DNA of 64,000 bases from Octopus vulgaris (taxonomy: Eukaryota): contig OX597817.1 of the NCBI GenBank assembly GCA_951406725.2, positions 62,682,001 through 62,746,000 of the forward strand. The letters are read 5' to 3'. The notes beneath the pieces were generated by a model. It was not told the origin of the DNA. It did no database searches and saw only the letters and a list, made by a program, of their open reading frames with translations. Both the position numbers and the translations under genes were made by a program. Shown here in pieces: positions 1 to 12,880 of the stretch (positions are counted from its first letter, which is position 1; each line of letters starts with the position of its first letter).

Positions 1-466
1 TACGTACTTATGTCAGTAAAAAGAGAGTTTTAAGTAGGTGTCTATATAATATATTTGAAAATGCATATTTTTACTACATATTAAATATATATATATATAT
101 AACGATGTCGACGTCATATAAAAATAGACATATTAAAAGTAGAACATAATTTTTTTTCTTTGTGTCAAAAATGTATCACATATACTGGGGCAATTTGCTT
201 TATTTTCTTTAGCTTAGCTTTGTCTCTAGGGGTTTTTTGTGCTTTTATGTTGTTTTTTGTTATTTTGTGTTGTTGTTGTTTTCTTGTTTGTTTTGTTTTG
301 TTTTTTTGCCACACCCTTCATGGTTCTTTTTTTTATATGAAACATGTATCGAAACAGTAACTGTTGCGTTATTTTGTTATTTGCAGAATGACATACTTTA
401 ATACAATAGTGTATATATGGAGATATATAACAGTACATATGCACGCATTCGCACGCAGATAAATCC

Positions 467-533
<67 letters not shown>

Positions 534-623
534 CGCATATAAATGCATACAAATATATACATAAATACATACATACATCTCTCTCTCTAGATATATATAT
601 ATACATATATATATATGTATATA

Positions 624-1862
624 TTGTGTCATCCCATAAATAATGCGGTTTTTTTATACTTCTTTTATCTTTCAAAATTAAGGTAAACAATGCCTTTTTA
701 AATCTAAAATTTACTCTCCTTCATTTTCTACAATGCTCTACCATCTATGTGGTAGACGTGCAAGGCCCCTCTTCCAAAATTCACTTGTCCATGATGAAAA
801 ATATTCCCCCAGAACTGTTCTGACCTCGTCTATTTCTTCCGTCCAAATGATTTTCGAGACTGCAGAATAAATGATAATCAGATGGAGCAATGTCCGATGA
901 ATATTGTGGGTGGGGCAAGGTTTCCTATTCCAACTGCTCCAGCTTTTGGAATGACATCCTCGCTGCATGTGACCGAGCATAATCCTGATAGAAAAACACC
1001 TTTCGTCTTGAAACCAAAGATGGTCGTTTTTCTTCTAGTGCTGACTTAAACCACTCAAGCTATCTGCAGTAGATCTCCATTACTATATTTTGGTTTGGGC
1101 TTAAAAGTACAACGTGGATTAAACCTTTCATATCCCACCAAACAGATAGCAACACCTTACGTGGGTGACAACCTTCTTTAGCTTCGGGTGTCAGTGTTTC
1201 TCCTTTCCCTACCCACTGTCTTTGGCGCTTGACATTTTTATAGAGAACCCATTTGTCGTCGCCAGTCACTATTCGGTCCAAGAAGGTTCATTTGTGAGAC
1301 GTGCCAGCAAAGGAGAGAACACATTCACTCCCTGCGCGCAATTAGACTCGGAAAGTTTGTGAGGAACACATTGATCCAATTTGCAGACAATTCCGATGAC
1401 ACCCATGTGTCGATGAATGATTGAATGACCAAATGCAAGCTTCTCTGCTAGTTCCTCAACAGTTACAATGGAATTTTGTTCCACCAGGATTTGCAGGACA
1501 TCTTCATCGAACTCTACAGATCTTCCAGGACGAAGCGGCTCTTCTTGTTGGCTGTGGTTTCCGGCACTTACTTACGCTTATTGTCAGATCCCCATATACT
1601 GCATTAATATTCTTCTCATTTTCCGTTGCGTTGTTTCCTTTATTGAACTCATAAAGTAAAATATGCCGAATATGCTTCTTTATCACTTCCATTATAGCTC
1701 TTTCAAAATCGAACTGCACTCTTCAAAACTTACACTAAGAATAAGGACAAAGTAAAATTACTGCCTGCTTTTAAAATGAGTTGATGCAGGTAGTTTATCC
1801 CATCCTCCTCCGACTTTTAGTTTATGCAACTGAAAAAATGCATTATTTATGGGATGATACAA
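624..1862 (-). mobile_element. Full-length but decayed mariner (Tc1/mariner) DNA transposon
   Basis: TIRs ttgtgtcatcccataaataatgc (624) and gcattatttatgggatgatacaa (ends 1862). Frameshifted transposase pieces: HIRHILLYEFNKGNNATE, VTVEELAEKL..CVPHKLSE, DRIVTGDDKWVLYKN..HPRKVLLSVWWD. Confidence 0.92.
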
Positions 1863-1867
1863 CATAT

Positions 1868-2135
1868 ATAGGTTGCGGTGAATATAATGTCGTCTAAATT
1901 ACGCAAAAATGAAAATAACACTCACATTTCATTTTAACATATATATTCAACAACATTATATAAAAATATCGTGAAATACTAAAGAGTAAATCTATTCAAT
2001 AAAATTGCCATTGGCCTCAGCCACGGCCTCCAGACGACTCCGGAATCTCTTGCAACTCTTCTGGATGCTCTCCTTGTTGAAGTTGGTGAATATGGTCACA
2101 ATACTTGTCTTCAGTTCATCTTTGGTATTACAACG
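1868..2135 (-). mobile_element. 3' fragment of a Tc1/mariner-superfamily transposase
   Basis: Minus strand reads ..CNTKDELKTSIVTIFTNFNKESIQKSCKRFRSRLEAVAEANGNFIE*, a typical transposase C-terminus. Confidence 0.7.
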
Positions 2136-2305
2136 GCCACATTAAGGGACACAAACGCATTCGACATATTTCTTGAGAAGGGATGGTTTAAAGTTTATAG
2201 CTGAACATGACCAATTGAATAAAATAATATTTTAATTTTGTTTTGTTTCATTTTGTTTATTTTATTTGAAGTTGTATAAATTTCATTTCTGTAATCCCTT
2301 ATAAA

Positions 2306-2645
2306 ATGGCGATGCCACAAGAAAAGTATTTTATGTGCTGCAGTTTGAGAAATGCGAATCGATTGTGCAAATGCAACGTTAATTTCGCCGCTAATTCCAT
2401 AAAAAAACCACCTCGTCACTAGAAGATTTATAAATGGCATAAATATTTCACAGAAAAAGGTTGCATTTGTAAAGAAAAAAGCACCGATGCTCATGGTGTT
2501 CATGGTTCTCATGTTGACTGTATACTGCTATAAAATAAACTTAAAACCTTCTCCTGTCAAGAAATATATAAAATCTGTTTGTGTCTCTAACCATTTGTTT
2601 TAAAAATAAATTTAAAGTATGCTCTTTCTTTTTGAATAACCCCGT
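2306..2645 (+). mobile_element. Internally deleted Tc1-like (DUF4817-type N-terminal HTH) element
   Basis: Degenerate MAMPQEK..VLQFEKCESIVQMQR*FRR*FHKKPP..IYKWHKYFTEKGCICKEKS. Ends in a TIR-like ttttgaataaccccg followed by ta. Confidence 0.65.
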
Positions 2646-2889
2646 AAATATATATATATATACAAAATATGGGGGTTTAGTTCACAAGTGATCTAAATGA
2701 TTAGGTACGCTAAGTAAGTGGGGTAATGGATTACTAGGGCTCCAAGGTTATAACCGAGACGGTAGTTATGGAGCCTTTGCAGATTTTCCGATATAGCAGA
2801 TATATAATTGTTAAAGAGGACAATAAACGCTAAGTCAAGGCAAACATATCAAGTCATATACATTACTGTCATTGGAAAAAAATTCAAAT

Positions 2890-2943
2890 TCTTACAGCTG
2901 TTTCTGGGATATCCCAGAGTATGGGGTATTTCGTCATCAGAGA
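2890..2943 (-). ncRNA. Minimal type-I hammerhead ribozyme with degenerate stem II
   Basis: Reverse complement: tct CTGATGA c gaaatac-ccca tactc tggg-atatccc a GAAA cagctg TA aga. Confidence 0.65.
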
Positions 2944-3135
2944 CAAATATGGAAATGAGAAATTTATATCGTGACTTTTGAATATGGCCATTTGAATATG
3001 GCTAACCCCTAAGGGTGGATGCTACTGTATTTTGTAGCCCCAGGAAGATATCTCCTCCAGCTGGCTATAGACACACTATCTGTGCCCTATCAGTATGTGA
3101 AGGGAAGTCATCCTTCCCGTCTTCAACTTATGATA

Positions 3136-3180
3136 CACACGGACTCGAGTTTCAAGGTGTTTACCTTTCATCAGCGTGTG
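3136..3180 (-). ncRNA. Canonical minimal type-I hammerhead ribozyme
   Basis: Reverse complement: cacacg CTGATGA aaggt aaac acctt GAAA ctcgag TC cgtgtg. 6-bp stem I, 5-bp stem II, palindromic stem III, GUC cleavage triplet. Confidence 0.92.
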
Positions 3181-3247
3181 ACAATCATAGTTGTCGACGA
3201 GTAATAGTTGTGAAGGGAGCTGACTTCTCGTCGACAACTATGATTGT

Positions 3248-3292
3248 CACACGCTGATGAATGGTAAACACCTTGAAACTCGAGTCCGTGTG
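3248..3292 (+). ncRNA. Minimal type-I hammerhead ribozyme (mirror copy)
   Basis: cacacg CTGATGA atggt aaac acctt GAAA ctcgag TC cgtgtg. One stem II mismatch. Predicted cut after 3286. Confidence 0.88.
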
Positions 3293-3604
3293 TATCATAA
3301 GTTGAAGACGGGAAGGATGAATTCCCTTCACAAATACTGATAGGACACAGATAGTGTGTCTATAGCAAGCTGGAGGAGTTATCTTCCTGGGGCTACAAAC
3401 TACAGTAGCATCCACCCTTAGGGGTTAGCCATATTCAAATGGCAAATATGCGTCACGATGTGTTACCGCTACTGTTTATAACTCGCTCTGAGATTTATCA
3501 TTGAGAAATTTATAGATTAATGAAAAGACGACGTAGAGAACAGTAGTAAGGAAATAAGGAGAAGAAAAAAGAGAAGAAAAAAGAAGCATATATTTACGTT
3601 TTAG

Positions 3605-3662
<58 letters not shown>

Positions 3663-3699
3663 AATCGACCTGGCCTTCAGATGCTGTTACACATTGCTG

Positions 3700-3890
3700 G
3701 TCAAAATGCGCTTCCAATTTTGTCATAATTGCGCATTTCTCCATCACTCTGGAGCGTTCTTGAATTATCACATTTCGAATGTGCTTTCTTAGTGATATTT
3801 CTAGCATGGATCTAGTCACAGTCCTTCGCTTTGTAGCCAACAGATTTTCTGTCCTCTTCGTAACAGCCAGTTAGGACGGTGCTAAAACAA
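3700..3890 (-). mobile_element. RTE-clade LINE C-terminal fragment
   Basis: ..TVTRSMLEISLRKHIRNVIIQERSRV resembles the RTE ORF C-terminal MERSMLGISLRDHIRNE motif. Confidence 0.6.
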
Positions 3891-3937
3891 TACAGGTGTG
3901 TGTGTGCGTGTGTGTTATGTATGTATGTATATGTATG

Positions 3938-3996
<59 letters not shown>

Positions 3997-3997
3997 G

Positions 3998-4042
<45 letters not shown>

Positions 4043-4626
4043 GTATGTGTGTGTGTGTGTGAGTGTAATAAGTGAATAATTAATATATATGTTTAACAGG
4101 CACCCTTGTAGCTGTTTAATCATCCTTCAAGTTGTTGCTTTTACAATAGAATACCGTTCGATATCCTTCATTAAACGTGTGCCTAGATCGATAAATCCAT
4201 AATAAAAGACGTTTTCTTCGTGACCATATCATATTTCTTTTTGGCATTGAAGCTAGAGACTAAATTATGCAAAAGACCCTTCCATTTATGGAATGATATG
4301 GTGTCAATGTATCAGATATATTTTTTTATTTATTATGGTCCAACGTTCATTCGTTATTGTCTTCTTTAGTAATTAGTATTTCTTGTTTTCGTTTTTACTT
4401 TCTTTTGTGTATTAATTTATCTCTTCAAGATGTATTGTTCCGCTCCACAAAACAACGGTGAGTACATTTTGGGCGTTACTGCAATTTTCGCACCAGTGTT
4501 AATTGCATATATGTGTTTGTGTGTGCGTGCGTGTGCGTGTGCGTGTGTGAATGTGAGTGCGTGTGAGTGTGAGTGTGTGAGTATCTATACGTAAATGTAT
4601 ATAAATATGTGTATATATGTGTATCA

Positions 4627-4657
<31 letters not shown>

Positions 4658-4811
4658 CATGAAATGTATTTTAACTAGTTTTCGTCAAGATAAGTCTTGG
4701 TTTTGCTTTATATTAATATTGTAAAATTTTATTGAATTATTTACTGTTAATATACATATATTTGTATTTTTATTGTTTTATTATAATATCTAAATTTATT
4801 TTAGTTATTTT

Positions 4812-4929
4812 TTACCTGAATAGTGGCTAAATGTTTTCAAATTGAATTAATATTGAATTTTAAATTTTTAAAGATTAAATTTTAATATTATCGATTTATA
4901 TAAATAGTCATGAAACACGCGTGGTCAAT
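4812..4929 (+). ncRNA. Degenerate hammerhead-like motif in a (TA)n-flanked island
   Basis: ttac CTGAATA gtggcta..long AT-rich loop..tagtcat GAAA cacgcgtg. Stem II is 7 bp, but core G8 and the cleavage site are mutated. Confidence 0.4.
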
Positions 4930-4991
4930 TTAATATTTGATTTGTTATGAGATTTTTAGAATAATAATTATAAGATATTTAATTTGTCTCT

Positions 4992-5047
<56 letters not shown>

Positions 5048-5639
5048 TAGCAACAATACACGTCGTTGATCGGGTAATTACTTTTACTTTTTCTCGGGAG
5101 CAACATTTAAAGTGTTATTGTACAGAGAACTTTATTCCTCTTGTATGTGTATTTTATAAGAAAAGCACATGTAATAATTTAAGTAGAAAAAAGATCAATT
5201 TCATACACGAACTTCTGTTTGTTTATTATATGACAATAATATGTTAGTTGTATGTGTTATTTTATATATCAATATAGTAATGGCAGCACGGAGCTGTTAT
5301 GAAAGAGAACTGCCCAACGTGCCGCACAGTGGGACTGAACCCAAGGCGACATTGTTGGAAAGTGAGCTTCTCAACCACACGGCCAGGCCTTTTTGAAGAG
5401 AGATACATTTTGGATAATATATTCCTTTTTCAATAAACGTTTGACGTAAGATTTATAAATCTATTTGTTTTGGTAATAAACATAAAATTCTGTCAGTTTT
5501 TTAAAAAAATTGCCCAATTTCGTTGAAACAGATAGTTAATCCTGTATGGTGTAGGGTTCTTAGTTGTTGCGTTACTCGAGTAAATATTAAAATTAAAGGT
5601 GTTCTCGCCGTAAACATCCCATATTTTTGTTAAACATAG

Positions 5640-5973
5640 CGTATCCCTGCATACTTCAAATCTCTCTTTAGCGTTGTGAAACACATTTTGAAGCATTTCA
5701 GGAGTTAGCTTCTGCACTGCTAATTGAATGTATCCTTCCAGCTCAGCTAAACGATTGCTCCATCTTGGAGATGGAGGTAAAGAAAATGATTGGTGCCAAA
5801 TTGGAAAAAAAAGAGCTGTCATGGATAAATAAGAAGGGTCCAACAGGAATGAAAATGAAATAAGTTATACACTTATAACACATATTAAACATGATAAACA
5901 TAAATAAAAGTGAGTTTTTTTTTAAATGCATCCGATTTCACTCAAATCATCATTAATTCTGGGACACTCTGTA
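5640..5973 (-). mobile_element. Tc1/mariner-like transposase C-terminal remnant
   Basis: LAELEGYIQLAVQKLTPEMLQNVFHNAKERFEVCRD, with a TIR-like end ctgggacactctg followed by ta. Confidence 0.55.
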
Positions 5974-6796
5974 TTTACTCGTCCGACTAAAAGGGGGAAG
6001 GAACACAGGGGGTGACTAATTGCAGGTGCCGAGCGTAGCTTCCGGAAGTGGTCACGCGGTCAAAGACAAATGGCTATGAGTCACAACTGCAGTTTGTTTT
6101 TCTTTTTTTTTTTTTTTGTATGAACATCTTGCATTAGATAGTTTAGACATGGGTGACATAGAAAAAAGACATGCTACTGGGCCATGATGCGTTGCGCAGG
6201 ATTCGAAACGTGAAACATCAACAGGGCACTTCTGAAGACTAGAGGAACGGGTTTGTTGTGCCTTTACCCAGCCGCACACACGCGCACATGACCCGGTTGT
6301 GCGCGGGATGGTAACAGGGCGCTGACACAACTGTTTGTTCTTCTCATTTCCTCTGCCAAAGTGGACAAAAGGTTTTTGTGAAATATCGTATGATACTTAT
6401 AATGCATAAGTAGTGTCAATATTTTATCGTCGGAAAATGGCCTAAAACAAAGATAAAATCCAGTGCAGTATACTCAAATCATTTTGTGTAAGGGCCCACA
6501 GTCGGCATCGGAAATCTTTTTTAGTCAGCATCAATTCGAGGAGCCTGATTAATGTTTGTTGCAAATTTGGAGGAAAGCGACTGGATACTATTCAAGTTAT
6601 GGGCCTTAACACTGCGAAAATGCTTTAAAAATGCGGTTTATCTGCACCTGGGCCCGCATTAGGCAAGAATTTGGCCCAAGATACTCCGTGGACTATATAT
6701 AATGCATGTGTAAAATTTCTTTTAAATCGGTCGGGTGGTTGTCAAGTTACAACGATATGACAAACGCACAGATAGACACACATTCTGTGTTTTATA

Positions 6797-6859
<63 letters not shown>

Positions 6860-6981
6860 AAAAAATGGAGTTACCTTTATAAACAAGGAGTTACAACACG
6901 TTTACTTGTGAGATTTTTGCTGCCCTGGTAACTATTTATTTTTTTTTCCCTGTTAATTGTTAACAAGGTAAAAATACACTC

Positions 6982-7002
<21 letters not shown>

Positions 7003-7025
<23 letters not shown>

Positions 7026-7395
7026 GGCAGTTTGTCTCTGTGTGTGTCTGTGTGTCTGTCAGGTTGTACTCTCACCCTGACCACGGCTTTCAACCGATTC
7101 TGATGAAACTTGACACACACATAGCCCAATGTCATAATTCAAAACTAACGCAGCGAAAATTTTGAAAAGTTCCCCCAGTTCTGAAAAAGATCGATAAATT
7201 CGACATGGGGTCGACAATCAGAAACACAAACCACCGATGGTCTAGGGGACGCAACTCGACCTTTTTAACTATCGAAAAAAAAATTTACTATCATTTTTCT
7301 TTTCCATTTTTTTGCTATTTTTTGGCTATAAGTCTCTAAAAATGCTTTATAGTTATTTCCCTTACAAACCCGAGCAATGCCGGGCGATACTGCTA

Positions 7396-7396
<1 letters not shown>
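7003..7396 (+). mobile_element. Non-autonomous Helitron-like element, copy 1
   Basis: Near-identical to 58526-58889. Ends in a cccg..cggg hairpin followed by CTAG|T. The 5' end is blurred by (TA)n. Confidence 0.7.
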
Positions 7397-7429
<33 letters not shown>

Positions 7430-7472
7430 GTGAATCTGTGTTTGTGTGTATATGTGTGTGGGCGTGTGTGTG

Positions 7473-7503
<31 letters not shown>

Positions 7504-8498
7504 ATGTGTGTGTGTGTGTACTAGATTACCCGTGACATGTTGGATCACTGACAATTCAGGTTATAAAACACTGAGGCTGATTTCAATATTGCTTTGAAAT
7601 GAAAGTTAATTTTATGATGATTCAATTCGTTCATGTCATCATAGGTCTGGTTTACAGGTTCATGCTTAAGGTTTTATTGATTATTTACAGCATCCAGTAG
7701 AAATAGAACTTCCGGGAGAAAACTGAACTCTAGTAACAGCATTTATTTATGGTATATGTGCACACTACTACAAAACTGGAAAAAGAAATTGTTATATAAC
7801 ATAAACATAAAATTGATAGAAACAATTTTACCATTTCAGGGCTATGTTACATTCGGAGTATTTTTCCATTATTAGATTACGTTTATAAAGAAATTTGTGG
7901 GAAAAATTTTTTCCGAGGGGTGGGGAGAAGAGTTTCGATAGACGGAGTTTGGGATCAGGAAATACCAAATAACATTTTTTTTTCCTTTTTTAAAAACCAC
8001 AGCTTTAGAAATTATGTGGGCAGGGAACATCTTTTTATGAAAATAAAGTTTAAAACAATTGTTTTTTTTGTACACCCTCATCATTCCACTCCAGACCGAT
8101 TTTGGCCAATTTTTATTGCGCTTCAAAACCATGGGACGATGAATAAAATATTATAAATAATGGATCAGAGGAAATTGAATGTGATAGTGACCACTTGACA
8201 TTGACCTAGTTCTCTCATCAAATAGTAGTAATTGGCATTTAGTAGTGACAATTGTTGTCTTCAACATGAATTCCTTTTATGGAGTTCTGAAACCCTCTTT
8301 ACCCCATTTCTACAATCAGAAAATCTTTATAGCTTACTTCTCCCTCTGGAACAACCAAATCTTAGTCAGTCAGTGGAGCGACTCCACTACCTCATATGTT
8401 CTTAAAATTTAAATCCACATCTTTGTCTATATATCTACCTTCTCTATAATGTTGCCACTTGATTTGAAAATTTTTGTATTAATGGAAAACCTCTATAA

Positions 8499-8584
8499 TT
8501 GGCTGATGAGTACTCAGCATCTTAAATCTGTTGTAATACTTACGACATTTAATAAAATGATGTAGTACGAAACGATCGTACCAA
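8499..8584 (+). ncRNA. Type-I hammerhead ribozyme with extended stem II
   Basis: ttgg CTGATGA gtact(ca)gcatc..gatgt agtac GAAA cgatcg TA ccaa. Core intact, palindromic stem III, GUA site, cut after 8580. Confidence 0.85.
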
Positions 8585-8725
8585 ATTACCGGAATCATTC
8601 TTGTTGCTTATTCTGATTATAATCACCCCACGGATTTTTATGGATAACACTATACAAGATTCTGGTGCATCTAAATTAAGTACCATATTCATTTGAATCT
8701 AAATTTTTGCTGAACATATATATAT

Positions 8726-8789
<64 letters not shown>

Positions 8790-8896
8790 CAGATACCAAT
8801 TATTAGATAAATCAATGTATTAGACGGTGTCCAATAAGTGTCATCAAATAAATGGAAGCGGTTTTGATGCTAAAATGGATTATTTATTTACTTTAA

Positions 8897-9010
8897 CCAG
8901 ACAGCTGTTTCTGTCGTAAAGACCATATTTCGGGTATGCAATTGAAGAATAGGTACTTCAACAAAAGTAATACACGTTATCATATTATATCATTTGGAAG
9001 TCATCAGTGG
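8897..9010 (-). ncRNA. Hammerhead-like motif with long stem II insertion
   Basis: Reverse complement: cca CTGATGA c..~85 nt..a GAAA cagctg TC tgg. The base of stem II is poorly paired. Confidence 0.55.
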
Positions 9011-9180
9011 ATAATAATTAAATATTTGAATATTTAAAAGTAGTTTTAAATATTAGTTTTCTTCTTTGTGATCATTTATGCTTACTGTTCGTTTTTCGAC
9101 ATCAGTGGCAGACGCCACTAGAAAAACTCATATATATTTGCAAAGCAGCCTTCACTTTCATCGCGACCTGGTGGTTACCG

Positions 9181-9219
9181 CCCGTTGACGAGGGACAACA
9201 ATCCCGAAACTAGTTCGAG
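9181..9219 (+). ncRNA. Minimal hammerhead variant (C3->U)
   Basis: cccg TTGACGA ggga caacaa tccc GAAA ctag TT cgag. Downstream 9310-9380 resembles 3380-3443, so it is a related pLTR family. Confidence 0.6.
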
Positions 9220-9893
9220 CGTATCACTCAGGCTTGCGAGGAAGGGATGGCCTCCCTTTGCAAATGCTCCAAGGACACTGATATTGTGTCTAAAGCCAGC
9301 TAGAGACGACGATCTCTTGGGGCTATAAAGCTACAGTAACACCCCCTCCCCAATGTGGTTAGCCATGATAAGATGGCTTCTATACTTTACATTATCGAGC
9401 GATTACTGTTTCAATCTCATTTTGAGATTTAATTATGCTATATTAATTTCGTTTTCCAAGTAATTTATATTCCTTTCGTTCGTATTATTATCTACTCATT
9501 ACTCACTCCCTGTATATCTAAGTAAATATTGCCCTCCATTCTCCCTTATTTGTTGGTAAAAAAAAAAGCACGTATATGTACATCTTGAAATACCCTATAA
9601 GAGGTTATATATTTTAAAAAAAACAATATCCTATTTAACATTTTAGTAATTGTGTGTCTATCATAACTCATACATTTTTAACCCTGTTTTTAGTTAGAAA
9701 CAATAATATATGAGGAATCGATAATTTTTCCTCTTCTTTATAATACCTTAAACGGAAGAGATATATTCACCTGGAAAAATATAATATATATATATATATA
9801 TTACATACACAAACACACACACACACATATATATACATATATATATAGGTATACATGGACATAAATATATATACATATACAAATAGATACATG

Positions 9894-9976
<83 letters not shown>

Positions 9977-10084
9977 TTATATATACACACATATATAAAT
10001 ATATTTACATATATATATATACACACATATATACACGCATATATACATGCATATGCATACACAGGCATATACAAGCGCATATTG

Positions 10085-10134
<50 letters not shown>

Positions 10135-10672
10135 GTCTGTGAGTGTGTGTGTGTGTGAGTGTGTGTGCGTGCGTGCGTGCGTGAGTATATATGTTCTTTT
10201 ACTCAAATGGATTAGAATTTGTTTTCAAATATGTATATTTATGTTTTAATATTCGCTGCAATGATTTAAAAACTTATAGTTTAATTACATTATATGTATC
10301 TTCGATACAAGTACACTCCCATTTCATAATTAATGCTTTCTGATTATTTACAAATACCGCTGTCCAAAGCACTCTACGTAAATTAATTCAGTCATCAACA
10401 CGAAGGACTATTTTCCATTTCATTTAACCCTACGTTTGAGTAATGTATTTTCATAATTTTGTCTGAAACGTTCGTCTGTATAATTAGAAACTTAGTTCTT
10501 GATTCATACGTTCTGAGTAATGTAAATCTTTCTTTTCATAAATTTAAAGTTACTCCTGTTGAAAAATAAACTGCAAATATTTATCATATATGATGCATTG
10601 AAAATATATCCTGTGCATCACATGTGCCATACAGGATAAATAAAGGGTTAAATACTGTGATTCAAAAAATAT

Positions 10673-10897
10673 ATATTTCTTTACTACCCACAAGGGGCTA
10701 AACACAGAGGGGACAAGCAAGGACAGACAAACGGATTAAGTCGATCCCAGTGCGTAACTGGTACTTAATTTATCGACCCCGAAAGGGTTGAAAGGCAAAG
10801 TCGACCTCGACGGAATTTGAACTCAGAACGTAACGGCAGACGAAATACGGCTACGTATTTCGCCCGGCGTGCTAACGTTTCTGCCAGCTCGCCGCCT
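10673..10897 (-). mobile_element. tRNA-derived SINE family A
   Basis: Reverse complement has the ggcggcgagctggcagaaacgttagc head, a ttctgagttcaaattcc B-box-like motif and the gcctttca..ggggtcgataaattaagtaccag core. Many copies in the window. Confidence 0.85.
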
Positions 10898-10986
10898 TTC
10901 AAAATATATAGCTAGCTTTATGCTTATGGTAAAATCACTTTTAGGGTTGTGGAGTGGCAGAATCGGATGAGTGATGAACTAAACTT

Positions 10987-11286
10987 CAATGGTTCCCAAA
11001 GCGTGTAGTGCTGCCCGTCTGGGGACGGTAGAAAGATCTACGGGTGCATTGAAAAAGAGTGGAGCGATAATGGGGTAGCCAAAACAGGGTGATGGATATA
11101 AAACGAAGAAAATTAATGGGTTAATTAGTTTAAGATTTATTTGTGAAATACAGTTGTTTTGAATTTGCTACAGAAAGTGGCCTATGCTGATGGCGTTGTG
11201 GGGGAGGAGCACTAGGAACTTTTAGGGGTGGCCTGGGTTTCAAGGGAGCGGCACCCAGCCCACCCCTAAAAGTTTGGGAACCACTA
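10987..11286. mobile_element. hAT-like MITE
   Basis: TIRs caatggttcccaaa and tttgggaaccacta, about 300 bp, non-coding. No clean TSD seen. Confidence 0.55.
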
Positions 11287-11594
11287 GACTAAAGTGTATT
11301 ACACTATTTCTTTCACTGCTTCTTTCTGATTTCAGTTCAAATCGTTCCGGGATCCATTTAACATTTCAAATTTCCATGTCGGATGACATAAAACCCTCTT
11401 TCAAAAAACATGTGTGACCTTGGATCTATATTGCAAAATACTATTGGTATTGGCGTATGATCAAATATTTCATTTTTGATTTATTCCAAAAATGTCACAA
11501 AGTTAATTCTCACTGTGACATTTAAAGAAGTCATAAAGGATTTCAGTAAAGGAAAATGACGGAGCGGAATTACCTAGTTTCGTTATTGAATCTA

Positions 11595-11607
11595 CTTCGA
11601 CTACGCA

Positions 11608-11660
<53 letters not shown>

Positions 11661-11664
11661 ATAC

Positions 11665-11702
<38 letters not shown>

Positions 11703-11996
11703 TTACTAGTACTACTACTACTGCTGCTGAGCTGCTACTACTACTACTATGTCGACGACTTCGACGACTATGACTAGTACTCCTGCTCCTATATAATATT
11801 ATTATTATTCCTGATCTTACTACTACTACTGCCTCTACTACTACTACTATCCCTACTACTACTACTACCACTACTACTACTACTATCCCTACTACTACTA
11901 CCACTACTACTACTGTTATCCCTACTACTACTACCACTACTACTACTACTATCCCTACTACTACTACCACTACTACTACTACTATCCCTACTACTA

Positions 11997-12040
<44 letters not shown>

Positions 12041-12180
12041 GACACTACTGGTACTATCATTCCACTGCTGCAGCTTATACTACTATTATTGCTGCGTTTG
12101 TTATTACGATTGCTACACCATCGCCTCTTCTTACGACTACGACTACTACTACTACTAAAATCATTACTACAAACTACTTC
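11595..12180. repeat. Compound (TAC)n/(TAA)n microsatellite with higher-order units (atccc-tactactactaccac)
   Basis: Direct reading. Explains the poly-V and poly-L ORFs. Confidence 0.95.
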
Positions 12181-12523
12181 TGCTACAACTAATTTATGGG
12201 CCTCCTGTGTCTAATTATTGGTAATTAAGAGGAATATTTTCCTATAAATTACCTTACTGGAATTAATTGATTTCTTGAGAAACTTGTAATCATATCAACA
12301 AAATTAATTTATATTGCATATTGATCAAAGTTATATAAACAACACAGCATTTTGGAAAATCTCGTCCCATCTATAAAACATACTAACAGTAGGAAGTTGA
12401 TCTCACGTCATATAAATTAATGGCGTACCCGTTTGTATAACTGACCGACCAACGAATAAATTAGTCGTTCTGTACCCTTTGTTAACATCTGAGGTAGGCA
12501 ATTTCAGAAATTGAGTGTTTTTA

Positions 12524-12880
12524 AGGTGGACAGCTGGTAGAACCGTTAGCACGCCCGGCAAAATGCGTAGCCATATTTCGTCTGCCGTTACGTTCTGAGT
12601 TCAAATTCCGCCGAGGTCGATATAATCGACGTAATCCATTTGTCTGTCCTTGTTTGTCCTCTCTGCATTTAGCCCTTTGTGGGTAGTAAAGAAATAGGTA
12701 TTTCGTCTGCCGCTAAGTTCTGAGTTCAAATTCCGCCGTGGTCGTCTTTGCCTTTTATCCTTTCGGAGTCAATAAATTAAGTACCAGTTACGCACTGGGC
12801 TCGATGTAATCGACTTAATCCCTCTGTTTTCCCTTTTTGTCCCCTCTATGTTTAGCCCCTTGTGGGCAATAAGGAAATAA
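12524..12880 (+). mobile_element. SINE family A with internal tandem duplication
   Basis: Head followed by two copies of the gtatttcgtctgcc..gtgggtagtaaagaaata unit. Confidence 0.85.

Larger units (their letters stand above)
2987..3443. repeat. Long inverted repeat (arms 2987-3201 and 3227-3443, 25-nt spacer), Penelope pLTR-like
   Basis: Arms are near-perfect reverse complements, and the mirror-image ORFs 3015..3257+ and 3185..3415- reflect this. The wider insertion (~2660-3600) is bounded by TA-repeat tracts. Confidence 0.95.

Noticed and set aside
3655-3720. attg..gacc..ggtc aaaa tgcgct tc caat as a hammerhead
   Set aside because: Both core strands are non-canonical, and the region overlaps an RTE LINE fragment.
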